A stretch of DNA of 64,000 nucleotides from assembly GCF_003057965.1 (NCBI RefSeq), contig NZ_CP020921.1:1042916-1106915 (forward strand), given 5' to 3'. The notes beneath the pieces were generated by a model. It saw nothing but the letters and a program-made list of their open reading frames with translations, did no database searches and had not been told where the DNA came from. The stretch is from Thermodesulfobium acidiphilum. Its GTDB lineage: Bacteria > Thermodesulfobiota > Thermodesulfobiia > Thermodesulfobiales > Thermodesulfobiaceae. This document shows, piece after piece, positions 10,752 through 19,062 of the stretch. The translations under genes were made by a program, and so were the position numbers. The stretch's first letter is position 1, and every line of letters starts with the position of its first letter.

Positions 10752-10786
10752 AAAAAAATTACCCACATCCAACTAATGGATATGGG
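10752..10786 (-). terminator. Intrinsic terminator-like hairpin between precursor and ligase genes
   Basis: Minus strand CCCATATCCA-TTAGT-TGGATGTGGG followed by TAATTTTTTT. Confidence 0.7.
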
Positions 10787-10797
10787 CTCAAGTTTAG

Positions 10798-10989
10798 CTA
10801 AGAATCCCCTTCAGTTGACTTGCTTTCTCCATCGAACATAGTAGAACTTTTCATGCTGTATTTAATCAACTTAAGATCTTTCCCTACCCAGCGCCTTTGC
10901 ATAATGTGATCGTAAGAACCAGTTTCAGCCAATAATTCTTCTTTTGAAATAGAAATCTTTGCTCTTGCCAAATCCTTTCCCCTTAACAT
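10798..10989 (-). CDS. Putative graspetide precursor peptide (63 aa)
   Basis: AAGGAGG RBS 9 nt before ATG 10989; MLRGKDLARAKISISKEELLAETGSYDHIMQRRWVGKDLKLIKYSMKSSTMFDGESKSTEGDS has a YDxxxQ leader motif and an S/T/K plus D/E-rich C-terminus; directly upstream of the ATP-grasp gene. Confidence 0.8.
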   Translation of the reverse strand: MLRGKDLARAKISISKEELLAETGSYDHIMQRRWVGKDLKLIKYSMKSSTMFDGESKSTEGDS

Positions 10990-11034
10990 CCCACTCAACC
11001 TCCTTTAATTTAGATTATTCTAATTAGTATTAGT

Positions 11035-11063
11035 AATATACCATAAATAGTGTTGTTATTCAA
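11035..11063 (-). promoter_or_regulatory. Sigma70-type promoter of the RiPP cluster
   Basis: Minus strand TTGAAT-17 nt-TATATT with extended -10 TG. Confidence 0.6.
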
Positions 11064-11133
11064 GTTTGACAGTAATAATTTTAATTAACTTTATGATAAA
11101 ATTAACACTACAATAAACAATTTAGAGGATAAA

Positions 11134-12249
11134 TTGACTAGATATGAAAAATTAACAATTTTTTCCTTTGTAGCTATTGGCTTTGTTCTTGGTTTTGCAG
11201 GTTCAGTTATTCCTAATCAGAAAAATTTACTTTTATGGACATCTTCTACTTCTTTTCAAATTCAAAGACTTCACATATTTTTCTTCAATTTAATTGCTGG
11301 AGGAACCATAATATTATGGTTCACAAAAAAAGAAACCAATTTCTCAAAAAGCACATGGCTTTATCTGATTATATCTTCTATTTACGCTTTCAGCCTCTTT
11401 CTGAACCTTTATACAGTTTCATTAATTTCCGGAACTTTATTAATTTTTATAGTTGAGAGCGTAAGAATTAAATATTTTGGCATATTACCTTTTGCTTTCT
11501 TTGATTATAAAGTAAGAGTTTGTAAAAAATTTCATTTAGCTTCTTTACTTTGTCTCTCAATTGGAATTTTTCTTGCCCAATTAGCAATTTTAAATAATTA
11601 CTTTATTAAAATAATACCCCATGATATATTGCCCTTAAATTATTTTTATTTGGGTTTTTCCTTTCCACTATCGTTAATAATTTTTTCAATTATCTACGAT
11701 CTGATAGACAATAAAAACACTATAGCCTTTAAGTTACAAAAAGAAATTAGCTTCTGGTTAGTTAATCTTGGTGTCATTACATTTTTTGTATTCATAATTT
11801 TAAAAATAGTTGTTGGAGAATTAATTTGCGCAAGCCTACTAATAATATATATTCTTTTTACAGCTTATTTATTCATAAAAAATTCTAAACACTTTGAAAA
11901 CAAAAAATTTCTGTTATCCGGCTTAATGTTTTTAATAATAACTTCTATTACAGGATTCTTAATGATATGCCTACAATTTTTTTATTCAAATATTCAAAGT
12001 TATCAGACTTTAAATAATTTTTTGCTTCAAATACACGGTTATCTAGCACTATATGGCTGGTCTCTATCTGGTTTAATCGTGATAATTCGAAAGTTACATA
12101 TTAAAAATAAATTTCCAAACAACACAAACATATTTTTCCACTGGTTTTTACTAGCTATTTTAGTCCCCCTCGGAATCTTTAACTCCTGGTTTGCCCTGTT
12201 TTCTGCAATTTTATTTACGTTTTATTTTTGGAAAATTCTCATAAAATAA
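11134..12249 (+). CDS. Polytopic membrane protein of unknown function
   Basis: 371 aa, about 11-12 hydrophobic segments with intramembrane His residues; GAGG RBS and TTG start. Confidence 0.75.
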   Translation: MTRYEKLTIFSFVAIGFVLGFAGSVIPNQKNLLLWTSSTSFQIQRLHIFFFNLIAGGTIILWFTKKETNFSKSTWLYLIISSIYAFSLFLNLYTVSLISGTLLIFIVESVRIKYFGILPFAFFDYKVRVCKKFHLASLLCLSIGIFLAQLAILNNYFIKIIPHDILPLNYFYLGFSFPLSLIIFSIIYDLIDNKNTIAFKLQKEISFWLVNLGVITFFVFIILKIVVGELICASLLIIYILFTAYLFIKNSKHFENKKFLLSGLMFLIITSITGFLMICLQFFYSNIQSYQTLNNFLLQIHGYLALYGWSLSGLIVIIRKLHIKNKFPNNTNIFFHWFLLAILVPLGIFNSWFALFSAILFTFYFWKILIK

Positions 12250-12366
12250 ATAGAAAAATAAATTATTATTAGTAATAATTATTACAATCAAACTTAATTT
12301 TTCGTATATAGTATATAATATATAAATATTACTATAAACATTTTTTTTAAAAAAGGTGGGTTCTTA

Positions 12367-13812
12367 ATGTCAAAGATTGTAGTTTTAGGATCTGGAATAT
12401 CAGGACACACTGCTTCGTGTTTTTTAAGAAAATATTTAGGTAATGAGCATCAGATCACAGTAGTATCTCCAACAAAAAAATATAATTGGATTCCTTCTAA
12501 CGTATGGGTAGGGGTAGGCGATATGAAACCCGATCAGGTACTATTTGATTTAGAACCTATTTATAAAAAAGCAAATATTAATTTTATTAATGCAAAAGCA
12601 ACAAAGATCTATCCTGAAGGTAACAAGTCTATTTCTTCTCCATTCGTTGTAGTAGAAGAAATAAGTTCTAAAAAAGAAAGAAATATTGAATATGATTATC
12701 TAATTAATGCAACTGGCCCAAAACTTAATTTTGATGCTACAACAGGTTTAGGCCCATCTAGGAATTCTCAATCAATTTGTTCTGCATCGCACGCCGTTCA
12801 AGCCTGGGAGAATCTTAGCTCTTTAATTAAAGAAATGAAAAACGGTAAAAATAAAACTATCGTTATAGGAGTTGGACATGGAATGGCTACATGTCAGGGA
12901 GCTGCTTTTGAATATCTTTTTAATGTAGAATCAAAACTAAAAAGAGAAAAAGTTAGAGATAGAGCAAGAATAATTTATATAACCAATGAATACGAACTTG
13001 GCGATTTTGGAATGGGCGGTTTACATTTGAAATATGGTGGTTATATTGCTCACAGTAAAACCTTTACCGAATCACTTTTTGCTGAAAGAGAGATCTTCTG
13101 GATAAAGAGAGCTCATCCATTAGAAATTAGCAAAAATAAAATAAAATATGAAACGCTTGACGGCACCTTTCACGAGTTAGAATTTGATTTTGCAATGCTG
13201 ATACCTCCTTTCGCCGGTGTAGGGCTTAAAGCTTTCAATAAAAAAGAGGAGGATATAACTGGTTCTCTATTTTTGCCTAATGGTTTTATGAAAGTGGATG
13301 GAAATTATAATCCTAAACCATATATAGAATGGGATGCAGAAGATTGGCCTAAAACCCTTCAAAACCCAAAATATAAGAATGTATTCGCTATAGGAATTGC
13401 ATTTGCACCACCTCATCCAATTAGCAAACCAATGCAAAGTCCTAATAAAACAACAATTTCTCCTACAGCTCCTAGAACTGGAATGCCATCAGCAATGATG
13501 GGAAAAGCTGTAGCTCAAAGTATAGCTAACCTAATAAAGGGAAAAAATAAACCACTACATACTGCAAGTATGGCGAAATTAGGTGCTGCATGTGTAGCTT
13601 CTACTGGAACTGGTTTTTTTTCTGGAACAGCAGTATCAATTACTGTTTATCCCATAGTTCCAGATTTTAAAAGATTTCCTGAATACGGTAGAGACCTTAA
13701 TTTTACCTTTGGAGACATAGGTTTAGCCGGACATTGGATTAAACTACTTCTACACTATGCCTTCATATACAAAGCAAAGCTAAATCCATTCTGGTATATA
13801 ATTCCTGAATAG
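12367..13812 (+). CDS. sqr: Sulfide:quinone oxidoreductase (probably type IV, SqrD/X-like)
   Basis: VVLGSGISG FAD motif, WIPSNVWVGVG, ATCQGAAFEY, PRTGMPSAMM, AACVAS, C-terminal WYIIPE. Confidence 0.85.
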   Translation: MSKIVVLGSGISGHTASCFLRKYLGNEHQITVVSPTKKYNWIPSNVWVGVGDMKPDQVLFDLEPIYKKANINFINAKATKIYPEGNKSISSPFVVVEEISSKKERNIEYDYLINATGPKLNFDATTGLGPSRNSQSICSASHAVQAWENLSSLIKEMKNGKNKTIVIGVGHGMATCQGAAFEYLFNVESKLKREKVRDRARIIYITNEYELGDFGMGGLHLKYGGYIAHSKTFTESLFAEREIFWIKRAHPLEISKNKIKYETLDGTFHELEFDFAMLIPPFAGVGLKAFNKKEEDITGSLFLPNGFMKVDGNYNPKPYIEWDAEDWPKTLQNPKYKNVFAIGIAFAPPHPISKPMQSPNKTTISPTAPRTGMPSAMMGKAVAQSIANLIKGKNKPLHTASMAKLGAACVASTGTGFFSGTAVSITVYPIVPDFKRFPEYGRDLNFTFGDIGLAGHWIKLLLHYAFIYKAKLNPFWYIIPE

Positions 13813-13825
13813 TGAGGTATTTAAA

Positions 13826-13984
13826 ATGGTAGATAACAGAAAACCTTATGAGCAAGCTTTTTTTGCATCAAAACCCCTCTGGTATACAAAATTCTTAAGA
13901 ACTTTTCTCCTTTGGCAATTAGTCAAATTTATAATTATTAATATTAAAATGACACTTATGTTACTAAGATCGCATAGAGGCTAA
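13826..13984 (+). CDS. Small 52-aa protein following sqr (not in ORF track)
   Basis: GAGGT RBS, then MVDNRKPYEQAFFASKPLWYTKFLRTFLLWQLVKFIIINIKMTLMLLRSHRG*; fills the sqr-selA gap. Confidence 0.75.
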   Translation: MVDNRKPYEQAFFASKPLWYTKFLRTFLLWQLVKFIIINIKMTLMLLRSHRG

Positions 13985-13990
13985 AAATAC

Positions 13991-15340
13991 TTAAGACATC
14001 TCGCTTAAAGCTTGTAAAATAAAATCAAGTTCTTTAGAATAAACTGTTTTCATGTCCAGAAAGTAAAAGTCATCTAATACTCTGCCTATTATTGGTATAC
14101 TTCTTCTTGTCAAGAAGGTTTCTATATCCTTCGTAGATAATATTTTATGTTTAATGCCAATTCCTATGGTTTTGAAAAAACTTCTAGGAGTAGAACCTCC
14201 TCCAAGCCTTCCCTCACTTTCAAAAATTTCTAAAGTAAGATTCTTATTTTTAACGTTACTAATAATATATTTTGCATCTTGAATCATTTCATCTATGGTT
14301 TTTGCAAGCATTCTATAAACAGGTATTTCTTCGTATCGTTTGTCAAGATATAGTCTCAAAGTTCCTTCAAGTGCGCATAAAGTCATCTTGTCAACTCTTA
14401 AAACTCTCATTAAAGGATTTTTTCTAATCCTCTCAATTAACTTACTTTTTCCTAAGATTATCCCGCATTGCCCTGCTCCCAGAAGTTTATCTCCAGAAAA
14501 ACTTACAATATCTGTACCTTTTTGAATGCTTTCTTGAACAGTTGGTTCATAATTTAAACCATATTTTCTCAGGTCAATCAGGCATCCACTACCTAAATCC
14601 TCAAAAAATAAGATATTTTTTTTCCTGGCAAGATTTGATAATTCTTCCATTTTAACACTTTGAACAAATCCCTCTTGATAAAAATTGCTTTGATGAACCT
14701 TCATAATAGCACCAGTTAATTCACTTATATTGTTCTCATAATCCCTTAAATGAGTTTTATTAGTGGTACCCACTTCCTTCAGAATTGCTCCAGAAGATGT
14801 TATTACATCTGGAATTCTGAAAGATCCTCCTATTTCAATAAGTTCAGATCTCGAAATTAACACTTCTTTTTTGTTAAGAAGAGTATTTAAAGTTATATAA
14901 ACAGCAGCAGCATTATTATTTACTACCGTTGCATCTTCAGAACCAGTTAAAGCTATAAGGATATCTCTAATTAACAAATCTCTTCTTCCCCTCTTGTTAT
15001 TAAAAAGATCATATTCAAGATTAGAATAATTAGTAGCTATTTCAGCCACTTCTTTAGCCACTGAATCATTTAGAGGAGATCTGCCAAGATTAGTATGTAT
15101 AATAATTCCCGTAGCATTAATAACTCTTTTTAAAACAGATTTATTTAAAAAATTTAACTTTATCTTTATATTTTCAATAATTTTATCTTTAGTAATATTT
15201 TTACCGCTTCTAATAGCTTCTCTTGCTATTTCTACTTCTCTTTGGCTAATCAATACACACAAATCGTGCGGAACATTAATATCGTTTCTTTTTATTTCTT
15301 TAAGGATATAAGATATAGATGGAATTTGATGAAAATCCAT
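13991..15340 (-). CDS. selA: L-seryl-tRNA(Sec) selenium transferase
   Basis: VINATGIIIHTNLGRSPL, YSNLEYDL, VVNNNAAAV, ELIEIGGSFRIPDV, FSGDKLLG. Confidence 0.97.
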   Translation of the reverse strand: MDFHQIPSISYILKEIKRNDINVPHDLCVLISQREVEIAREAIRSGKNITKDKIIENIKIKLNFLNKSVLKRVINATGIIIHTNLGRSPLNDSVAKEVAEIATNYSNLEYDLFNNKRGRRDLLIRDILIALTGSEDATVVNNNAAAVYITLNTLLNKKEVLISRSELIEIGGSFRIPDVITSSGAILKEVGTTNKTHLRDYENNISELTGAIMKVHQSNFYQEGFVQSVKMEELSNLARKKNILFFEDLGSGCLIDLRKYGLNYEPTVQESIQKGTDIVSFSGDKLLGAGQCGIILGKSKLIERIRKNPLMRVLRVDKMTLCALEGTLRLYLDKRYEEIPVYRMLAKTIDEMIQDAKYIISNVKNKNLTLEIFESEGRLGGGSTPRSFFKTIGIGIKHKILSTKDIETFLTRRSIPIIGRVLDDFYFLDMKTVYSKELDFILQALSEMS

Positions 15341-15348
15341 TTTTTCAC

Positions 15349-15873
15349 CTACTCAAATATGTCATTAAATTTACATTCAAATCTAAAATTGCCTAATTTG
15401 TTTTTAAAAATTATTTCTTCTTTTGGTAAGGGTAAAAATACATCTTCATCTAAATCAAAGAGATACAAACATCGAATGTCAATGTGCCTTTCGCTAAAAA
15501 AGTCTAAATCAAATTTAGAGAAAAAATCCTTCAAATGAATAATAAGATCTCTGTAATAAAACGTACACTGATCGATATTTTCTAAAATATCTCCTAAAGA
15601 AAACAAATTTCTTGATATATTATAAAAACTTACTTCTTTAACATCAAATCTTATTCCTTTTGAAATAAAAGTTTTACCAGAACTAAAAAGTATGGAAAAA
15701 AAAGGTGAAACTTTTATGCTTTTTAAATCATCATCTATACTTGAGAGTTGCAAAATCCTATAATTTGGGAATCGGATTGGTTTATTATCCATTACTCTAT
15801 ATGCTTCAAAAATTTCATGTATTACAGGAAAAGAACCGATATTATTTCTAAAAGTAAATTCTAAAAAAGTCAA
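15349..15873 (-). CDS. Hypothetical protein co-transcribed with selA
   Basis: 174-aa ORF with GGAGAGGT RBS and TTG start; ends 8 nt before selA; no motif recognised. Confidence 0.6.
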   Translation of the reverse strand: MTFLEFTFRNNIGSFPVIHEIFEAYRVMDNKPIRFPNYRILQLSSIDDDLKSIKVSPFFSILFSSGKTFISKGIRFDVKEVSFYNISRNLFSLGDILENIDQCTFYYRDLIIHLKDFFSKFDLDFFSERHIDIRCLYLFDLDEDVFLPLPKEEIIFKNKLGNFRFECKFNDIFE

Positions 15874-15936
15874 ATTTTACCTCTCCCTCTTAATCATCGA
15901 AGATTTCAAATTTTAATTTAATATATTACCTGAAAC

Positions 15937-18900
15937 TTATTTTTTTCCAAAGATTTTATAGGCAACTTTTTCTACAGCTATATATAAAACAGGAATTATA
16001 AATACACCTATAAAAGTTCCTGTTAACATACCACCTACCACCGATGTGCCCATAGCAATTCTTGCGCCGGAACCCGCACCGGATGCGATTGCCAATGGCA
16101 AACAGCCGAAGATAAAAGCAAAGGAAGTCATAAGAATTGGTCTTAGTCTTACCCTCGCAGCCTCTACAATAGCTTCAATTTGGCCCATCCCACTTTCTTC
16201 TCTGATCCTTGAAAACTGAATTATTAAAATTGCATTTTTTGCAGCAAGCCCAATAAGCATTATAAGCCCAATTTGCATATATACATTATTACTAAGATGT
16301 CTTATATATTGGAAAAAAGTTGCACCAAACATCGCAGTAGGAACTGATAATATTACACTGATGGGAACAAACCAACTCTCATATAAAGCTGCAAGACATA
16401 AAAACGCAAAAATTAGAGATAGAGCAAAAAGAATAGGTGCTTTCTGCCCAGATTTTTGTTCCTCCAGGCTCAAATCTGCCCAATCATAAGAGAAAGTTGC
16501 AGGCAAGACTTTATGCGCTACTTCTACCAATGCTTGCATAGCTTGACCTGAACTATAACCAGGAGCAGGATTACCACCAATTTGAATTGCTCTATAATTA
16601 TCAAACCTTTGTATTACTGAAGGACCATCTGTAAGTTTTGCACTAGCAAGGGTACTTAAAGGGATCATTTTCCCTTCAGGATTTCTTACATAAAAAAACT
16701 TTATATCATTTGGAGTAGTCCTAAATTGAGGTAAAGCTTGCATAGTTACTTTATAAGTTTTTCCATAAAGATTTATATCGTTAACCTCAAGGCCTCCATA
16801 AAAAGTTTGCATTGTATTAAATACATCAGTAAGAGGAATTCCTAATTTTTTTACTTTATCTCTATCAATATTATAGGTATAGCCAGGTGTATTTGCATTA
16901 AAAGTGGAATAAATTGTTCCAATTGCAGGCATCTTTTTTGCTTCATTAATAAATTCTTTAGAAATGTTATCCATCTCTTGAAAACTCGCTTCCCCACCTC
17001 TATCCTCAAGCATTATTGTAAAGCCGCCTCTTGTTCCAATTCCTGGTAAAGAAGAGGGAAGTAGCGGTAAAACTGTTGCATTTGGGAATTGCTGAGATTT
17101 AATAAATATTTGTCTTAAAATGCTTTGCGCAGATAACTCTTGAGTTCTTCTTTCATCCCAAGGCTTAAGTCTTATAAAGATAACGCCTGTGCTTGAATCG
17201 GCAGCAAAAGTTAAAAAGTTTATGCCGTTGACACATGTAACAGCATATACACCGGGAATTTGCCTAATTACTTGACCTATTTCATTTATTTCATTAGAAG
17301 TAACGTTCAAACTTGTGCCCTGTGGTAGTGAAACTGCTGCTATAAGATAACCCTGATCCTCATCTGGAACAAAAGAAGTTGGAAGTTTAGAAACAATAAA
17401 AAATGTAACAATCGTTAACAATATAATAAATAACAAGCCCCATTTAACTTTTCTAATCAATTTGTAAACTATTTGAGAATATTTATAAACAATCCTTTCA
17501 AAGTTATCGTTAAATTTGTCAAAAAACTTAGCAAGCAACCCTTTGTGTTTGGTTGGATCATATGGAGTTAACATCCTCGCACACAATGTAGGTGTAAGAG
17601 AAAGTGCTACTATTACAGAGAGGATCATAGAAACAGTTATAGTTAATGCAAATTGCTTATACAAAACCCCCATAGTTCCACCAAAAAATGCAACTGGTAT
17701 AAAAACTGAAGCCAAAACAAACGCTATTGCTACAATTGCAGCTGAAACTTCTTTCATAGCTTTTTGAGCAGCCCCAAAAGGGTTCATACCGTCATATCTA
17801 ATATGACGTTCTACTGCTTCAATAACTACAATTGCATCATCAACTACCAAACCTATTGCCAAAACCATAGCAAAAAGTGTAAGAGTATTGATAGAAAAAC
17901 CAAAAACAAGAAACATAGCAAAGGTACCTATCAATGACACTGGTACGGCAAGCATTGGTATAAGAGTCGCTTTCCAGGACTGCAAAAAAATAAAAATTAC
18001 TACCATAACTAAAAGCAAAGCCTCAAATAAAGTTACTAACACCTCCTTCAAAGATTCTCTTATAAAAAGCGTGTTGTCAACAACGATTTCATATTTCATA
18101 TCAGGAGGGAAATTTTTTGAGGCATTTTGTATGATTTCTTTGCACTGATCTACTGTTTTCAAAGCATCAGCATCAGGAGTTAGTTGTACTCCAAAAGCAG
18201 CCGCATTATATCCATCCATAGTTGAGTTATACATATAAAACCTACCACCTAAGTTAACTCGAGCAATATCTTTTAACCTCACAATAGATCCATCAGGATT
18301 GGCTCTTACTATAATATTTTCAAACTCTTGAGGTGTACTTAACCTACCCTTTACTCTGGTAATATATTGAAATGCTTGATCAGCAGGTGTTGGCATTTGA
18401 CCTATGGTGCCGGATGCTGCTTGTACATTTTGTTCTTTTATTGCATTGTAAACATCTGTCGTAGTTATACCCAATTGAGCCATTTTTTCTGGATTTAGCC
18501 AAATTCTCATCCCAAAGGGAGATCCATACATCATTACCTGACCTACACCCTTCACCCTTTGTAATTGCTGAACTATATTAATATTTCCATAATTTGCTAG
18601 AAAAGTAGACTCATATGTTCCTTTGGGAGAATAAAGCGAAAAAACAAGAGCATTTTGAGGTGTAACTTTCATCACATTAATTCCATACTGAACCACCTCA
18701 GAAGGCAATAAAGGAGATGCCTGACCCACTCTATTCTGAGCTTGTACAGTAGCCAGATCTGGATTTTTGCCAAGTTCAAATTGAACTTGTAATGTATAAC
18801 TTCCTGTATCAGTACTTGTAGATAACATAGAAACCATACCTTCTACACCATTAACCTGATCTTCCATTTGTTGAGCAACCGTTTGTTCTACAGTTTGAGC

Positions 18901-19059
18901 ATTTGCAGCAGGATAATTCGCTATAACATTAACTTGTGGAGGGGTTATCTGAGGATAAACAGCAATTGGTAAATTTACCATTGCAAGCAAACCAACCAGA
19001 ACTATTATTAACGAAACAACAATCGCAAAAATTGGGTTTTTAATAAAAAATTGCGCCAT
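15937..19059 (-). CDS. RND multidrug efflux permease (HAE1, AcrB-like)
   Basis: FFIKNPIFA, LAIGLVVDDAIVV, GLAAKNAILI, RLRPILMTSFAF; 1040 aa. Confidence 0.95.
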   Translation of the reverse strand: MAQFFIKNPIFAIVVSLIIVLVGLLAMVNLPIAVYPQITPPQVNVIANYPAANAQTVEQTVAQQMEDQVNGVEGMVSMLSTSTDTGSYTLQVQFELGKNPDLATVQAQNRVGQASPLLPSEVVQYGINVMKVTPQNALVFSLYSPKGTYESTFLANYGNINIVQQLQRVKGVGQVMMYGSPFGMRIWLNPEKMAQLGITTTDVYNAIKEQNVQAASGTIGQMPTPADQAFQYITRVKGRLSTPQEFENIIVRANPDGSIVRLKDIARVNLGGRFYMYNSTMDGYNAAAFGVQLTPDADALKTVDQCKEIIQNASKNFPPDMKYEIVVDNTLFIRESLKEVLVTLFEALLLVMVVIFIFLQSWKATLIPMLAVPVSLIGTFAMFLVFGFSINTLTLFAMVLAIGLVVDDAIVVIEAVERHIRYDGMNPFGAAQKAMKEVSAAIVAIAFVLASVFIPVAFFGGTMGVLYKQFALTITVSMILSVIVALSLTPTLCARMLTPYDPTKHKGLLAKFFDKFNDNFERIVYKYSQIVYKLIRKVKWGLLFIILLTIVTFFIVSKLPTSFVPDEDQGYLIAAVSLPQGTSLNVTSNEINEIGQVIRQIPGVYAVTCVNGINFLTFAADSSTGVIFIRLKPWDERRTQELSAQSILRQIFIKSQQFPNATVLPLLPSSLPGIGTRGGFTIMLEDRGGEASFQEMDNISKEFINEAKKMPAIGTIYSTFNANTPGYTYNIDRDKVKKLGIPLTDVFNTMQTFYGGLEVNDINLYGKTYKVTMQALPQFRTTPNDIKFFYVRNPEGKMIPLSTLASAKLTDGPSVIQRFDNYRAIQIGGNPAPGYSSGQAMQALVEVAHKVLPATFSYDWADLSLEEQKSGQKAPILFALSLIFAFLCLAALYESWFVPISVILSVPTAMFGATFFQYIRHLSNNVYMQIGLIMLIGLAAKNAILIIQFSRIREESGMGQIEAIVEAARVRLRPILMTSFAFIFGCLPLAIASGAGSGARIAMGTSVVGGMLTGTFIGVFIIPVLYIAVEKVAYKIFGKK

Positions 19060-19062
19060 AAA

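Noticed and set aside
12261-12280. AATTATTA-N4-TAATAATT palindrome before sqr; AGTAATAATT also occurs near 11071
   Set aside because: Almost pure A/T in a very AT-rich spacer; not distinguishable from chance by eye.
15349-15873. Possible degenerate Cas6-like protein
   Set aside because: No Gly-rich C-terminal loop, and no cas genes or CRISPR repeats in the window.
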